From assembly GCA_051313645.2 (NCBI GenBank), contig JBNRSN020000001.1, positions 145,886,001-145,950,000 of the forward strand: a DNA stretch of 64,000 bases. Direction: 5' to 3'. Shown here piece by piece: positions 1 to 12,938 of this stretch (positions within the stretch are counted from its first letter, which is position 1; each line of letters starts with the position of its first letter). The DNA comes from Centroscyllium fabricii. Its lineage: Eukaryota. The notes under the pieces are model-generated. The model ran no database searches. It saw only the letters and a list, made by a program, of their open reading frames with translations, and was not told the origin of the DNA. The translations under genes and the position numbers were made by a program.

Positions 1-177
1 GAGCACATTGAAGACCACAGGCCTCCATACCCAGTAATACAGGGAGCAAGCAGCCAGTGCATCAGGTGCCCACCATTGCTCTAGAGGTCTAACAATTTGA
101 ATACATTATGAGCATCAATTTCATATGGTGACTATCTTCATTTGACGGACTAGTTATATCATCAATAAATAGTTTTT

Positions 178-932
178 GGCCCAGAAATTGCCATCTGCGC
201 ATATCGGGTTTAAGCTCTGGTGCGAGCGCACCAGAGCTTAAACCCGCAGGAAGCAGCCGGAGCGCACGCTTCAGGTTTTCCTGTGCCGCCCAGCGGGGGG
301 GTCGCTGCTTCCTGCGAGGTCCAGCGCAGGAAGCAGCGAACTACGGGATCACCCAGTCTTTCCGATGTTTTTTTAAAGTTTTTCTACGGACCAAGAGCAG
401 AAAATTCAATGCTGGAAAATAGGAGTCGTAAACACCCATTTTTTATCTGGTAAGTGTGTATTTTATTGATTTTAATTGTAGTTTTTTCAGGTTTTTAATT
501 GTTGATAACTTTAAAGACAGGTAAGTATTTTTTTAGACCTGTTGGAAGTGGAAAAATTGTTCTGCAAATTTTTATTTTTTCCTTAAAATAGGTTATTTGT
601 GTTAGTTGGGGTAATGTTTAAAAAATGTGGTGTTTGTAAAATTTTATTTTTGTGTTTAGATGTCTTTTGGGAATCTCTCCATTCAAAACTCGCAAAGATT
701 TCTCCGTGGAAGTTTTGAACGGAGAATTGCTTCCACTGATTGGCTCCCTGCCAATCACGTGGTCTCAAAAGCCACCTCGCACTAATTACGCCCTATGAAA
801 CTCGCATGGAGCTCTGACAGGCTGGGCTAACGGGAATTTCTCAGTGCAAAACAGCAAAACTGAATATGGGCAATTAAAGTGCGTTAAGCAGGTACTGCAC
901 CCGCACGAAGGCTCCACTGCAATTTCTGGGCC
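178..932. mobile_element. Non-autonomous TIR element (MITE, probably Harbinger-type)
   Basis: Perfect 14-bp terminal inverted repeat ggcccagaaattgc (178-191) / gcaatttctgggcc (919-932); no coding capacity. Confidence 0.75.
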
Positions 933-958
933 GTTATTCAGTAAAAATGTGAGGAAAT

Positions 959-1278
959 TGATATGTCTCTGCGTCTCCGCTCTTACGTATTCTTAATTCC
1001 AATCCTCGAGGTGTATGTGAGACAAATGAGAGGCACGTCCAGAGAGCTTAGTAAACACTGCTTTATTATCTATCATTCCAGGGAAGCACAGGGATACGTT
1101 CGAGTACATTGCCTTATATCCCCAGTGCCCTAACGCTGCACTACTATATCCTTCCACTACACATACAAGTCCCAGTCCAGCTGCTATGCCATTGGCTCAC
1201 AGGCTGATACAGCGGCATTGCCATTGGCTCACAGTCTGTCCATCACAGCCCACTCACAGTCCACTCACATACACCACA
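959..1278 (-). mobile_element. Solo LTR (320 bp)
   Basis: TG...CA ends, 5-bp TSD gaaat (954-958/1279-1283), minus-strand TATA (ccttatatccc on +) and AATAAA (ctttatt on +). Confidence 0.8.
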
Positions 1279-1593
1279 GAAATTGGTCATTTATTGTTAT
1301 CCTGTAACTATCTAACTGAAGGTATGTGACAGTGGCCTAAGACGATTCTCCCTTCCCATGGGGAAGTGCCAGAGCTCGGCTCAGGGCTTGCAGATAATGG
1401 CATGGCTGAGATATGGCGTTCACCATGTGTGAGATCCTGGATGAGAATCTGCTTGCTACCCTTCTGTAACAGAGTGCTTTGGGCTTTTTCATATATGTGA
1501 ACTAAAATACATTTTCTTTCAGGCCTCATGACCTCGTATTAAGAAAATACTGATTAAGGCAATTCTAAATGCAAAATATCACATTTATTCCAG

Positions 1594-1811
1594 ACTGGAA
1601 TCAAACAAGCTATGGTTTACCAACTCCAAATGAAAGACAAGAATCGAGTATGATATTACCCATTGTCCTTCAGTACCTATGCCCTGTTTACATTTCTGTA
1701 TTGGGAATTGGTGCCATTGCAGCAGCAGTTATGTCATCTGCAGATTCATCACTTTTATCAGCAAGTTCAATGTTTGCACGCAATATCTACAAGATCATTA
1801 TTAGGAAAAAG
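1594..1811 (+). CDS. SLC5A7: High-affinity choline transporter 1-like (SLC5A7-like), penultimate coding exon
   Basis: Translates DWNQTSYG...[46 protein letters not shown], typical of SLC5A7; acceptor ttccag at 1593, donor AAG|gtgagc at 1812; may be a paralog rather than the ortholog. Confidence 0.9.
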
Positions 1812-3118
1812 GTGAGCATCTGTTTGAACTGTTAAAAAATGAATAGGCAATAGAGCCATCTTAGTGTGGAGCAGCGCCCACAGGGAGTGTCAGTTGGCAC
1901 ACTGTGGGCCGGCAACATCATAACGAGCAGAAAATGTGACACTATGGACACACAATTTCCCTGAGTACTGCTCTGCACCAGGAACACTCTACTGCGGAAT
2001 CAACTATGTTAGGAAAAGTGAAATGTAAAATTTCCTCTTCTCATATGTGTGATGATACATGATTTATAGTATTAAAAAAGTAAAATCATATCAACATCAG
2101 TAGCAAAAGTAGCAGGAAGGCTTTGGGCACTTGGGATGGTGACTACCACGTTCTGGCTTTGCTTTTACCACTTCAGGTATATAGTTATGAGAAGTTTGCA
2201 GTTGTGTCTTGTGTCGACAACTTTTGGAAACCATCTGTTTTTTAACGATGGCCTAGAAATTGGATATGGCCACATAATAGACAGTGTCATGGCCCAACGA
2301 TGTTAAGCTGTACCAGGTTAAATGGTCTAGGTAGAATGCAAAATTCATGCTCAATCCTCATTAACATGATTATAGTACTGACCTCAGCGCTAAAACTGCT
2401 GCTCATTGCCTTACTGCTCAATAGGCGGGCCAATATCAGGTCCAGTCTAATTCCCAGTCATGTGTGGCACAGGCGTTATTCAGTACTTAAATGGAAGGTG
2501 CATTGATGCAACAACATCTCTTTTTCCGGTACATTGATGACTGTATTGGTGCCGTTTCCTGCTCTCGCCCTGTACTGGAAGATTTCATTCACTTTGCTTC
2601 CAACTTCCACCCCTCCCTCACCTTCACATGGTCGATCTCCGACTCTTCCCTTCCCTTCCTCGACTTCTCTTTCTCCATCTCTAGGGATAGGTTATTGACC
2701 AACATTCACTACAAGCCCACTGACTCCCACAGCTACCTGGACTACACTTCCTCCCACCCCACCTCCTGTAAGGACTCTATTCCATTCTCCCAGTTTCTCC
2801 GTCTTCGCCACATCTGTTCTGACGATGCCACCTCCCACACCAGTGCTTCCGACATGTCTTCCTTTTTCCTCAACCGAGGATTGCCCTCTACTGCGGTTGA
2901 CACTGCCCTCGACCTTGTCCGTTCTATCTCCCGCACTTCTGCCCTCACCCCTGCCACTCCCTCCCGGAACCACGAGAGAGTTCCCCTTGTCCTCACCTAT
3001 CACACCACCAGCCTCCACATTCAGCGGATCATCCTCCGCCATTTCCGCCACCTGCAACGTGATGCCACAACCAAATGCATCTTCCCATCACCTCCTTTTT
3101 CTGCATTCCGTAGGGACC

Positions 3119-3523
3119 ATAACGGTGGCACGGTGGCATAGTGGTTAGCACTGTTGCCTTACAGCACTAGAGTCCCGGGTTCAAATCCAGCCTCGGGTAC
3201 TATCTGTGTGGAGTTTGCACATTCTCCCCATGTCTGCGTGGGTTTCCTCCGGGTGCTCCGGTTTCCTCCCACAGTCCAAAGATGTGCGGGTTAGGTTGAT
3301 TGGCCATGATAAATTTCCCTTAGTGTTAGGGGGATTGAATATGTGGGGTTACGGGGATAGGGTGTGATATGTGTCGGTGCAGGCTCGATAGGGATATGGG
3401 GAGAAGGTAGGGATAGGGTACTGGGTTTGGATGATCAGCCATGATCTCATTGAATGGCGGAGCAGGCTCGAAGGGCCGAATGGCCTACTCCTGCTCCTAT
3501 CTTCTATGTTTCTATGTTTCTAT
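3119..3523 (+). mobile_element. tRNA-derived V-SINE (HE1-like) inserted in the Penelope
   Basis: A box tggcatagtgg, B box ggttcaaatcc, V-domain (gtgtggagtttgcacattctcccc...cagtccaaagatgtgc), CR1-like 3' tail with (tctatgtt)n; flanking gacc duplication. Confidence 0.9.
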
Positions 3524-4286
3524 GACCGCTTCCTCCGCGACACCCTAGTCCACTCCTCTACCACCCCCAGCATCCCTTCCCCTTCGCCCGGCACCTTCCC
3601 GTGCAAGCGCAGGAGATGTAACACATGCCCTTATACCTCCCCCCTTCCCACTGTCCAGGGCCCCAAACACCCCTTCCAGGTGAAACAGCGATTTACATGT
3701 ACTTCCTGTAATTTAGCATACTGTATTCGCTGCTCACGATGTGGTCTCCTGTACATCGGGGAGACCAAACGTAGATTGGGTGACCGCTTTGCGGAACACC
3801 ACCATTCAGTCCGTAAGGGGGACACCGAGCTCCCGGTGGCCTGTCACTTTACCTCGCCATTCCACTCCCATTCAGACCTCACTGTCTGTGGCCTGCTGCA
3901 TTGTTCCATGGAAGCCCAGCGTAAACTCGAGGAACAGCAACTCATCTTTCGCTTAGGCACTCTACAGCCCTCTGGACTAAACATAGAGTTCAACAGTTTT
4001 AGATCATAACCTCGGCCCCTACTTTACTTTTTTACAGATATATATTTTCTCTCTCTTTTCAATCCACACTTTCGTCTGGGCTTTTTTCTTTACTCTGCTG
4101 AAGCTGTCCACACCTATTATGAGCCATCCTGTGTTCCTTCAATTTCTCCACATATCTCTTATCTGCCCCGCCTTCTAGCCTGTTGCTGATCTTTCCTTTG
4201 TTCTTTCAGCCCCCCCACTCCCCCCGCCCCCGCCCTTTCCCCAGCCCCCACAAGCTTTAAAATCCATCTCCCCTCCTGGCTTCTCT

Positions 4287-4324
4287 AGTTTTGAAAAAAG
4301 GTCATCGACCTGAAACGTTAACTC
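4287..4324 (+). ncRNA. Degenerate minimal hammerhead ribozyme motif at the Penelope 3' end
   Basis: agtt-TTGAAAA-aggtc(atc)gacct-GAAAC-gtt-aact; stem II and GAAA intact, CUGANGA core mutated. Confidence 0.55.
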
Positions 4325-4440
4325 TGCTCCTCTCTCCACCGATGCTACCTGGCCTGCTGAGTTTCTCCAGCGTTTTCTGTTGTTACCTCATTGTCAATCC
4401 CGTTCCAAATTCACCTGGAAGTGGACGGCAGTGGTAGCAG

Positions 4441-6470
4441 ATGGCTGAGCCTCAGCACAGGGAGACAGCCTGCAGATTCTCAGATGAGGCTCTTGAGGCA
4501 CTGGTGGTGGCCGTGGAAAGGAGGTGGGCTGTCATCTTCCCACAGACTGACTGGAAGCTCACACCACATACACCTTGAAGGCTCTGGCAGGAGATAGCCA
4601 CCTATGTGACGACCAACACTGTAGTCCCCAGGTCGGCGTTCCAGTGCTACAAGAAGTTTAATGACCTCACACGGCAGGTCAAGGTGAGTGAAGGCTTCAG
4701 CAAATGCCATATCCCACCATGTACACCACAAGCCTCGTACACTGATCAATGCACCACACCCCCATCACTCACCTACAAACAATATCTACCTACCATCACT
4801 CAGACCTCACAATCATAGCTTCACTTAACCCTTACAACCTTACCACTGCTGCAACACTTACATCCACATCTCATAACTTGCACACACTGACAGCTATTCA
4901 ACTATGGTAGGCACATCACCCAAACACATTGCACCACACTCACTCACACACTTCCCTTTCTCTTGCAGGCCAAGGTCACGCATAACAGGAGGGAGCAGCG
5001 GCATACAGGTGGAGGGCAAGTTGCCATCCAGGACCGCAGCCAAATGGAGGAACAAGTGATGGAGATCATTGGGCGGCAGATCATGGAGGCCATGGCAACC
5101 GGCGATGTTGAACTTCCTGGTGACAACAGCGGTATGCTCATTCCTAATCCTTCTTCGCACATCCCATTTCCCCCTCATCCCACAATCTTTTCTCACTTTC
5201 AAGCTGCTGCTGTATGTGTGGATATCCTGCTTCCCCCCACCCCCCAGTCCCCTCACCATAACCCAACTCTTGTGCCTTTCTGCTTTCAGCTAATCAAGAC
5301 CAAGCACCAGAGCAGCCTGTCCCCGAGGTGATGGAGGAGAGCGAGGGGGGAGAAGAAGAAGATGGCACAGTGTCATCTCTCACTCACAAGACACCAGCTC
5401 AGAAACTGGCACTGAGTGAACTTTAGAGGCTAGTGTAGAAGCAGGATCTGCACAGGGTGAAGCACCGGGCACGAGTGGGCTGCAGCAAGGCCAAGGGGAA
5501 AGGGTAACTCGGGAGCCAGCTCCTTGGAAGGGGAGTTTGCGCACGAGTTATGCTGCACAGGGCTCAGATGAGGAGCTCAATGGGGCGGCCTTCAGAAGAA
5601 GGGTGCTGGGCATGCACACCAAATTGCTAGGTGCAATGGCAAACCTGCCAGAAAGCCTCTTGGCAATGTCAAGGAGCATGGAGGAGTCCGCCTCCAACAT
5701 TGGCCGGGGCTTTGCGCAGAGATTGGAGCCCATGATTTCCAGGCTAGAAATGATGGAAAACTCCCGAAGAGACCGTGTTGACCCAGACATGATGCTGCAT
5801 GTGATGGGCGATGTCATGGTTGCCATTGCAGCACAGGCAGAAGCGACCTAACGTCTTAGTGCTGCAATGGACGTGTAGACTGCTCTCTTGCAGCCTCAGC
5901 TTGATGCCAGCCAAGCTCAGACCACTCTTATGCAGTCTCAGCTTGATGCCAGCCAAGCTCAGACCACTCTTATGCAGTCTCAGCTTGCTGCCACACAAGC
6001 TTAGACTGCTCCCATCATGGCTGGGTTTACCACTGTCAACCGGGACTTGCAGGGTGTCGCAGCAGGCCAGCAATCTGTGCTCTGACTGATTGCTAGGAAT
6101 GCTAAGGCGCCACCCCGGGCGAGTGGCAGCGGGTCAGTGGAGCAGAACCCTGCTGTCCTCTCTCAGGATGACAGCATTCCTGTTCCCACCACTGCCACTC
6201 CGCCATTTCCCTTGCCGCTGTCAGCTAGCCAGCCCAGACTGCTACCACCCATGCCGAGGTGGTACAGTCTACAGCCGGGCCTTCCACCGCCACAGCTGCT
6301 TGAGGTCATCCTGCAAGGCCACCTGAAATCTCCCCTACTGAAAGTCAGCAGCCTTCCACCAGCCATGCTGCAGCCACTGGGGAAGCACTTCATAGAACCA
6401 CTGGATCAGGAAAGGGCACGAAGGGATTGCACAAAAGTGATTCGTTCATACTGTTACTGTAAATCTGTGT
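4441..6470 (+). pseudogene. Harbinger Myb/SANT-like DNA-binding protein gene, decayed, 3 exons
   Basis: Exon 4441-4683 (RFSDEALEALV...WQEIA...QCYKKFNDL|gtgagt), exon 4969-5131 (AKVTHNRREQRHTGGG), third exon from 5290; in-frame stops and frameshifts; includes a 42-bp tandem repeat at about 5885-6005. Confidence 0.8.
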
Positions 6471-6599
6471 AAATTGATTTTTGATAAATTTATTAATTTT
6501 GTTTGGAATCTTTTGTAGTGGCTCTCATTTCAGCTTTGTGTCCAGGAGAACGCTGTGATATTTCGTGACAGAGGGATGGTATGATGGGGCTGTGGTAAG

Positions 6600-7640
6600 C
6601 AATGGAGATCTGGGGTTTCATTCATTGGAATCAGATTCTGATGAGGCATTCTTGGACAGCCTGCCCAGAAGGGGAATTGGCCACCTGCCTCCTCCTTCCC
6701 TCCTCATCATCTTCCTCTTCCTCCTCCTCCTCTCGCTCGTCCACTTCCTGAGGCGGTCCCGCAATCTCTGGTGGGAAGGACTGCACCCTCATGATGGCCA
6801 AGTTGTGACGCATGCAGCTGACCACCATGAAATGGTACACCCGCTCAGCCAAGTACTGGAAGGCTCCTCCCAAGTGGTCAAGGCAGCGGAGCCGTTGCTT
6901 CAGTAGCCCGATGGTCTGCTCGATGATGTTCCTGGAGGCACAAGTTGTGGGGTTGTGGAGGGGAATCATCAGCCAGTTGCAGAGCAGATAACTCTTATCT
7001 CCAAGCAGCCACCCTCAAGTTTCATGTTGTGGCTGGAAGATTGCAGGCACACCGAACTGACACAGGATGAAGGCATCATGGCTACTGCCAGGACAGCTGG
7101 CATTGACCATCAGGAAGCACTGCGCGTGGTCGCACACCAACTGCACATTAAGTGAATGGTAGCCTTTGCGGTTACAGAAGATCTTAGGATTGTTATGCGG
7201 CGCCTGCAAAGGCGCGTGAGTGCAGTCAATGGTGCCCTGCACCATGGGGAAGCCTGCTATCCTGGCACAGCCACATGCACGCTCATCCTGCCTCTCTCTG
7301 CTCAGAGAGAAGAAAACCTAGTCCCTTCTCCTGGTGTGGAGAGCCTTAGTGGCCTCCTGGATGCAGTCTTGACAGTGAACTAGGAGATGTAAGCTATATC
7401 TCCTGCTGCAGACTGGATCCACTGGCAAAGAAATTGAGGGCCATGGTGACCTTGACTGCCACTGGAAGAGCCATGGTCTCCCTGCTCTGAGGCTGTCGGT
7501 CTGGTTCCAGGAGGTGGCAGAGTTTTGTGACCACCTCCTTGGTGAAGCGAAGCCTCCGAATAAACTGCTCCTTGCTTAACTGGAGATAAGAGAAGTGCTC
7601 TCAGATTACCCTAGGTGGGTAAGGCCTGCTGTTGAGAGCC
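6600..7640 (-). pseudogene. Harbinger DDE transposase (HARBI1-like), decayed
   Basis: Motifs VQGTIDCTH, NRKGYHSLNVQLVCD, PGSSHDAFIL, RNIIEQTIGLLKQRLRCLD spread over several frames. Confidence 0.9.
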
Positions 7641-8267
7641 CTCCTCCTCTTCCTCTCTCTGCGCGTATCTTCTCTTCTTCACTGCCTCCGTTCCCTCTCC
7701 CAAAGATACTCGAGCACAAGGGGGACTGCCAGTAGAGCCCCCATGACTGTGAGCAAATGTTGTGAGCAGAAGCCTTTTAAGAAAAATGAAGGCGTTCTCC
7801 ACTTGCAGCAACACTCCCTGTTATCTTCAAACCTTGAAAGAAGTTAATTAAGCTGCTGGAGTTGCAGAAAGTTGCACAGAGCCACTCAAACTGCAGAAAT
7901 ATGTCAGCTGCAAGATATTGCTGACGATCCCTTTAAATAACACTGCTGGAGCCTCCTTCCTGCTTCTCAGCACTTGCTCAGCTGGTCACACTTAAGGCAT
8001 GCCTGTAAGTGGAGAGGTAGAGTTGAAACTCGCAGATCGGGTAGCAAGTGAGCGTTGCACGGTCACTGACGTCATGATCTGCACCATCTACATAATATTG
8101 GTGAGCGCCGACGTTAGCAGCACTGTCGGCCATCCGAAAATGGCAGCCGCTATGGGACCTGCCGGCAGCAGGCGGAAAAGCAGCAGCTGCCAATTTTTCC
8201 CCAAATCTGGCGGTAACAGGTGGTGCTAAACTCCCAAATTTTTAGCCCTATATTTTTTAACTGTGAA

Positions 8268-8932
8268 GGATTTTGGCCTCAATTTGCCTTGATCCATCAG
8301 GCGGGCTTTTCGGTGGCCAGGGAGGCAAAATAGCAAAAACTGGGTTGGGGGGGGGTGGGGTCGGCTCCCGCTGGATTCCACACACATTGCGATTTTCCCT
8401 CTGCCATGTCTGGTCGGCCTGCTTCAGTTCCGCCCGTGACCGGCGGGAATGGTCTTTAGGCACCTTAATCACTGTAAATTGGCATCTATAATGAGTTGCC
8501 CTCCTCTGCCACCTGGATCCACACAGCCTGCTGGGGAGATTTCTTCCTCCCTGAAGGAGGGAAGAGCACCTCTTTATGACCTCTTGCTCTCTCAAATGAA
8601 GCTTGCACGGCCACATCATCAAACCTGGAAGCAGACCTAGGTCCCTCGATGTTCATTCTGCCTCCAGGTCCCTCTGGCATGAAAGGGCAAAAGGTTGGCA
8701 GTCCGCAACAGAAGCAAGGCTTGCTGTGGACCTGAAATGCATCAGCAACAATGACATCATATTGTGCGACTTTCTGACTGGAAATAATCACTTGCCAAGG
8801 ATTCCCACATGCTGGAAAATTGGCCAATTGAGCCAAAATTGCGTGGGGCTCCCAGACCCTTTAGGATTTGTGTGGGAAACCTGACCTGCCGGAAACCCGC
8901 CAATTCCCTACACCTGAGGGAAGATCAAGGTC
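8268..8932. mobile_element. Non-autonomous Harbinger derivative with Myb/SANT relic
   Basis: Minus-strand relic ASRFDDVAVQ...KEVLFP...VWIQVAEE resembles the Myb exon at 4441; boundaries approximate. Confidence 0.5.
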
Positions 8933-9444
8933 TTTGTCTCAAAAAGGCTGCAAGTGTACTCTAAAGGAACAGCATCTTCATGAAAACAGTTTGGCAAACC
9001 TTGTCTTGTTTAAGAGTCATACATCATTTTCGTCATAATAATATCGTGCCTTAATAAAATATGTACACCTACATTACACCTTTGCCTCTTTCCCACCCCT
9101 GCCCCATGCCCAGTGCCTCTCTCCCCAAGCCAGGAAAGTGTTCACTGGACAAGAGACAGACAGCAACCCTTCACTGGCTGCTTGTGCGCAACAATGCAGC
9201 CTAGCATTCCGAACACATCATGAGAAATGTGTTTGGAGTGCCAGGAAATTAAGCAAATGGGAGGAACTCCCTTTATCTGGCAAGCTTAGCTCACTTCTGC
9301 ACAGATACACAATAATGCCTGTGCAGCACCAGCAGTGTTGGACAGCACAAGTAAAACATGCAATGAGAAAAGGCCCTATCATGGAACTTACAACACCTAG
9401 TTAGTCTCCTGAGGCACAGTTCTTCATGCAGCTCAATGGTTTTT

Positions 9445-11954
9445 GCTCATGGACTCGGTCCTACGGGCCCTGAAGTTCCTGTTTGTCTACCTGGACAACA
9501 TCCTGGTAGCCAGTTCCTCCAAGCAGGAGCACCTCGAACACCTCAGGGCCCTGTTCACGCGCCTCAACGAACACGGCCTCATCCTCAGCCTCGCCAAGTG
9601 CCAGTTCGGTCTCGACCAGTTCGACTTCCTCGGCCACCACATAACCCAGGCCGGGGCCATTCCCCTGCCCACCAAGGTGCAGGCCGTCCAGCAATTCCCT
9701 GGCCCACCACCGTCAAGGGCCTCCAAGAGTTCCTCGGGGTGGTGAACATTTACAACCGCTTTATCCCCAAAGCGGCATCCCTCGTGGCCCCCCTCGACCA
9801 GGCCCTCCACGGTAAGAGCGGCAAAATGGCGGTCGAATGGACGGCGCAAACCTCCTCCGCCTTCAACTCCACCAAGTCCGCACTCGCTAACGCCACTCTG
9901 CTCGCACATCCGCGGCCCAACGCCAAGGTGGCGCTCACCACAGACGCCTCTGACTACGCGGTCGGTGCCGTGTATGAGCAGTGGGTCGACGGCGCCTGGC
10001 AGGCCCTCGCCTTCTTCAGCCGCCAACTGCGCCCCCCAGAGGTGAAATACAGCACCTTCGACCGCGAGCTCCTCGCCCTGTACCTGGCGGTCCGCCATTT
10101 TCGTTTTTTGCTGGAGGGCCACCCCTTCACCGCGTTTGTCGACCACAAACCTCTGACATTCGCGATGGCAAAGGCAGCCAAACCCTGGTCTGCCAGCCAG
10201 CAGCGCCAGCTCGCGGCCGTGTCTGAATTCACCACCGACATCCAACACATCTCCGGCCGAGACAACGTGGTAGTCGACTGCCTCTCCCGCACAACCATCA
10301 ACGCCACTCACCTGGCAGTCGACTACACCCAACTCGCAGCGGACCAGATCACAGACCCGGACCTGCTCTCCGCGCCCACCACCCTACCCAGCCTGCGCTT
10401 GGCCACCATCACCTGTGGCCCCACCGCCACTAACGTCACGTGCGATGTTACCCTGCTGCAACCCCGGCCCGTCGTCCCAGCATCCTGGCACAGGCGCGTA
10501 TTCGACACGCTCCACAACCTCTCCCACCCCGGCACCCGTGCATCCATCAAATTGGTAGCCAGCCGCTTCGTCTGGCGTGGCCTTAGCAAAGATGTGCGTA
10601 CTTGGGCCAACTCCTGCACGGCTTGCCAACGGGCAAAGGTGCACCAGCACACAAAAGCACCCCTCGGACAGATCGACGTCTCCGCACGAAGATTCGACCA
10701 CATCCATGTGGATATCGTGGGACCCCTGCCACCTTCACAGGGCCACACCCACTTGCTCACTATCGTGGACCGTACCACTCGCTGGCCCGAGGCAATACCA
10801 CTGGCCTCCACCACCACAGCGGACATCGCCAGTGCCTTCACCGCCACGTGGGTCGCCCGATTCGGCATGCCCGCCGACATCACGTCCGACAGAGGGCCCC
10901 AGTTCACCACAGCACTGTGGACTGCCGTCGCTAACAGCCTCGGGGTGACCTTGCACCGCACCACGGCGTACCACCCACAAGCCAACGGAGTGTGCGAACG
11001 CTTCCACAGATCCATGAAAGCTTCTCTACGTGCCGGCCTCACGGACAACTCCTGCACTAACTGCCTCCCATGGGTTTTACTCGGCCTCCGATCCGCGGTC
11101 AAAGAAGACCTCCACACATCGGCAGCGGAGCTCGTCTATGGCCAACCACTGCGCATACCCGGTGTGTTCCTGGCCGCCACCATGACGCCCTGGTCAGCCG
11201 ACCAGCAATGTCTCGATCGCTTCGGCGCAACCGTTCACCCCCGGTACCCGTGTCCCGTCACGGCGAAACAACCTTGCATGTCCCACTTAGCCTACACCAG
11301 ACGCGGTTCGTCTTTGTCCGCCACGACGCACACCGCGGACCTCTGCAGCTTCCATACGACAGGCCCTACAAGGTGCTTCAGGCGGGGGACAGGTTTTTCC
11401 AACTACAGGTGGGCAACAGAACCGAAACTGTGTCAATCGACAGACTCAAGCCAGCGCACACTGAGCCCAGCGAAACCACACTAGTTGCCCACCCACCGCC
11501 GCTAGGTCGACCTGCCGGCCAGCCAGCTAGCCCGGCCACGACTCGTCAACCAACACCAGCCAAGAGCCGCTCCGGCCGACCCATCAGACCGCCGCAACGA
11601 CTCGTCCATTCTTCCTAAACGGATTCTGGGGGGAACTCTGTGGCGGATCACCACGCACCGACCGGCGAATCCGCCGGACTCACGGACTCTTTAAGCACCG
11701 GCCTGAGGCGCGCTGCTCCCTTGAGGCCGGTGCCGACGCGCTGACGTCATCGCGCACATGCGTGTGACGTCAAGACATCCCCTCGCATGCGCCCGACACG
11801 CCGACGTCATCATGCACATGCGTGATGACGTCACCCGGGCTATATATTCAAGCGCAAGGGCGCGAAACGCTCTCTCTGCAATGTAACTGAATAAAGTAAG
11901 TTGTATGCTGCCACCCAGTCTCAGAAGTTCTTTCGCCCACCAGCGAACACAACA
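9445..11954 (+). mobile_element. 5'-truncated Ty3/Gypsy element (RT C-terminus, RNase H, integrase, 3' LTR)
   Basis: TDASDYAVGAV, YSTFDRELLA, HHCC zinc finger, HVDIVGPLP, TSDRGPQF, GPY-like motif; polypurine tract then LTR 11639-11954 (TG...CA, TATA, AATAAA); no gag or 5' LTR; frameshifted. Confidence 0.9.
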
Positions 11955-11957
11955 ATA

Positions 11958-12150
11958 TCACCATTCCTTCATCATCGCTGGGTCAAAATCCTGGAACTCC
12001 CTCCCTAAGAGCATTGTGCGAGTACCATCACCACACGGACTGCAGCAGTTCAAGAAGGCAACTCACCGCCACCTTCTCAAGGACAATTAGGGATGGCCAA
12101 TAAATGCTGGCCTTGCCAGCGATGCATATATTCCATGAATGAGTAAAACA
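11958..12150 (+). mobile_element. LINE 3'-end fragment (CR1/L2-like)
   Basis: SF...GSKSWNSLP...LQQFKK..H.HL C-terminal motif and 3' tail; a second, more decayed copy lies at about 13826-13985. Confidence 0.6.
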
Positions 12151-12704
12151 AAATTCCAGTATCAAGCCCAACTATATTGAGTACCTTATAGATCTAGCTG
12201 TCCTTAGATTCCAGTCTTTACATTATTTTTGTAACAAGATTGTATTCATACCTAGAAATTTCAGTACACAATAAATTGTGTTCCTTTTTACTTCACTGCC
12301 TATATGTTGGGCTTAAAATTTCCTTCCAGTTGCTTCTTCAATGAGCAAAGATTGTGTGATGAGGTGCAGCACTGTAAGCAGTTGCTTCGATAACTGAATA
12401 CTTTGTATCACAGATAAGATGAATTTAACTTTGAAAAGAAAATATAAGCATGAACCTCATTATGATAAATATTGTGTAAGTAAGAGTTCGTTTTCAATTT
12501 TTTAAATTAGACAGATGAACATCCGGAAAGTTCCATGTCAGAATATTTCATTAGGTCTTTTTTCTGTAATTTCAATGTTTTATCCAGATTTTCAAAAATC
12601 ATGTTGATAAATCAGCATCACATATTATTGCACGACAATGTAGGCAAATCAATAGGACAGTAGACATCAGTTAAAGTGTATCCTATTACGAACAATGTGC
12701 ATCC

Positions 12705-12884
12705 AACATCACTAAAACAGATTACCTCACATTGCTGTTTGTGGGACCTTGCTGTCCACAAATTGGCTGCCATGTTACCTATATTACAACAGTGACTACA
12801 CTTCAAAAGTACTTCATTGGCTGTAAAGCACTTTGGGATGTACTGAGGTCATGAAAGGCGCTATAGAAATGTAAGTCTTTCTTT
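12705..12884 (+). mobile_element. Deu-domain SINE fragment (SacSINE1/AmnSINE-like)
   Basis: cattgctgtttgtgggaccttgctgt...aaattggctgc...cagtgactacacttcaaaagtacttcattggctgtaaagcactttggga...gaaaggcgctatagaaatg, recognised from memory of the family. Confidence 0.7.
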
Positions 12885-12938
12885 AATGGAAACCTGCACA
12901 GATCGTGTGCTCAATAGGACAGGGGAAATCCATTTAAT

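Larger units (their letters stand above)
2511..4388 (+). mobile_element. 5'-truncated Penelope-like retroelement (RT C-terminus plus GIY-YIG endonuclease)
   Basis: RYIDD, LPFLD and HYKPTDSHSYL RT motifs (ORF 2491-3141); after the SINE the frame resumes with LRDTLVHS...CKRRRCNTC...YCIRCSRCGLLYIGETKRRLGDRFAEH...GLN. Confidence 0.9.
2250..8248. mobile_element. Degenerate autonomous-type PIF/Harbinger transposon (convergent Myb/SANT and transposase genes), interrupted by a Penelope element
   Basis: Two-gene Harbinger layout between 4441 and about 7640; imperfect TIR-like ends ggcctagaaatt (2250) and aatttttagccc (8248); outer boundaries less certain than the gene content. Confidence 0.65.

Noticed and set aside
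3125-3195. tRNA gene
   Set aside because: A/B boxes belong to the SINE head and continue into the V-domain and LINE tail
6600-7640. Domesticated host HARBI1 gene
   Set aside because: Multiple frameshifts, paired with a Myb pseudogene inside an intron; a transposon relic
9488-9500. YLDN also present in the truncated intronic Gypsy
   Set aside because: Single copy of a different lineage; GAC AAC is one CpG transition from GAC GAC, so decay is the simpler explanation
9487-11117. Long antisense ORFs over Gypsy pol
   Set aside because: Expected shadow frames of GC-rich coding sequence; no recognisable domains
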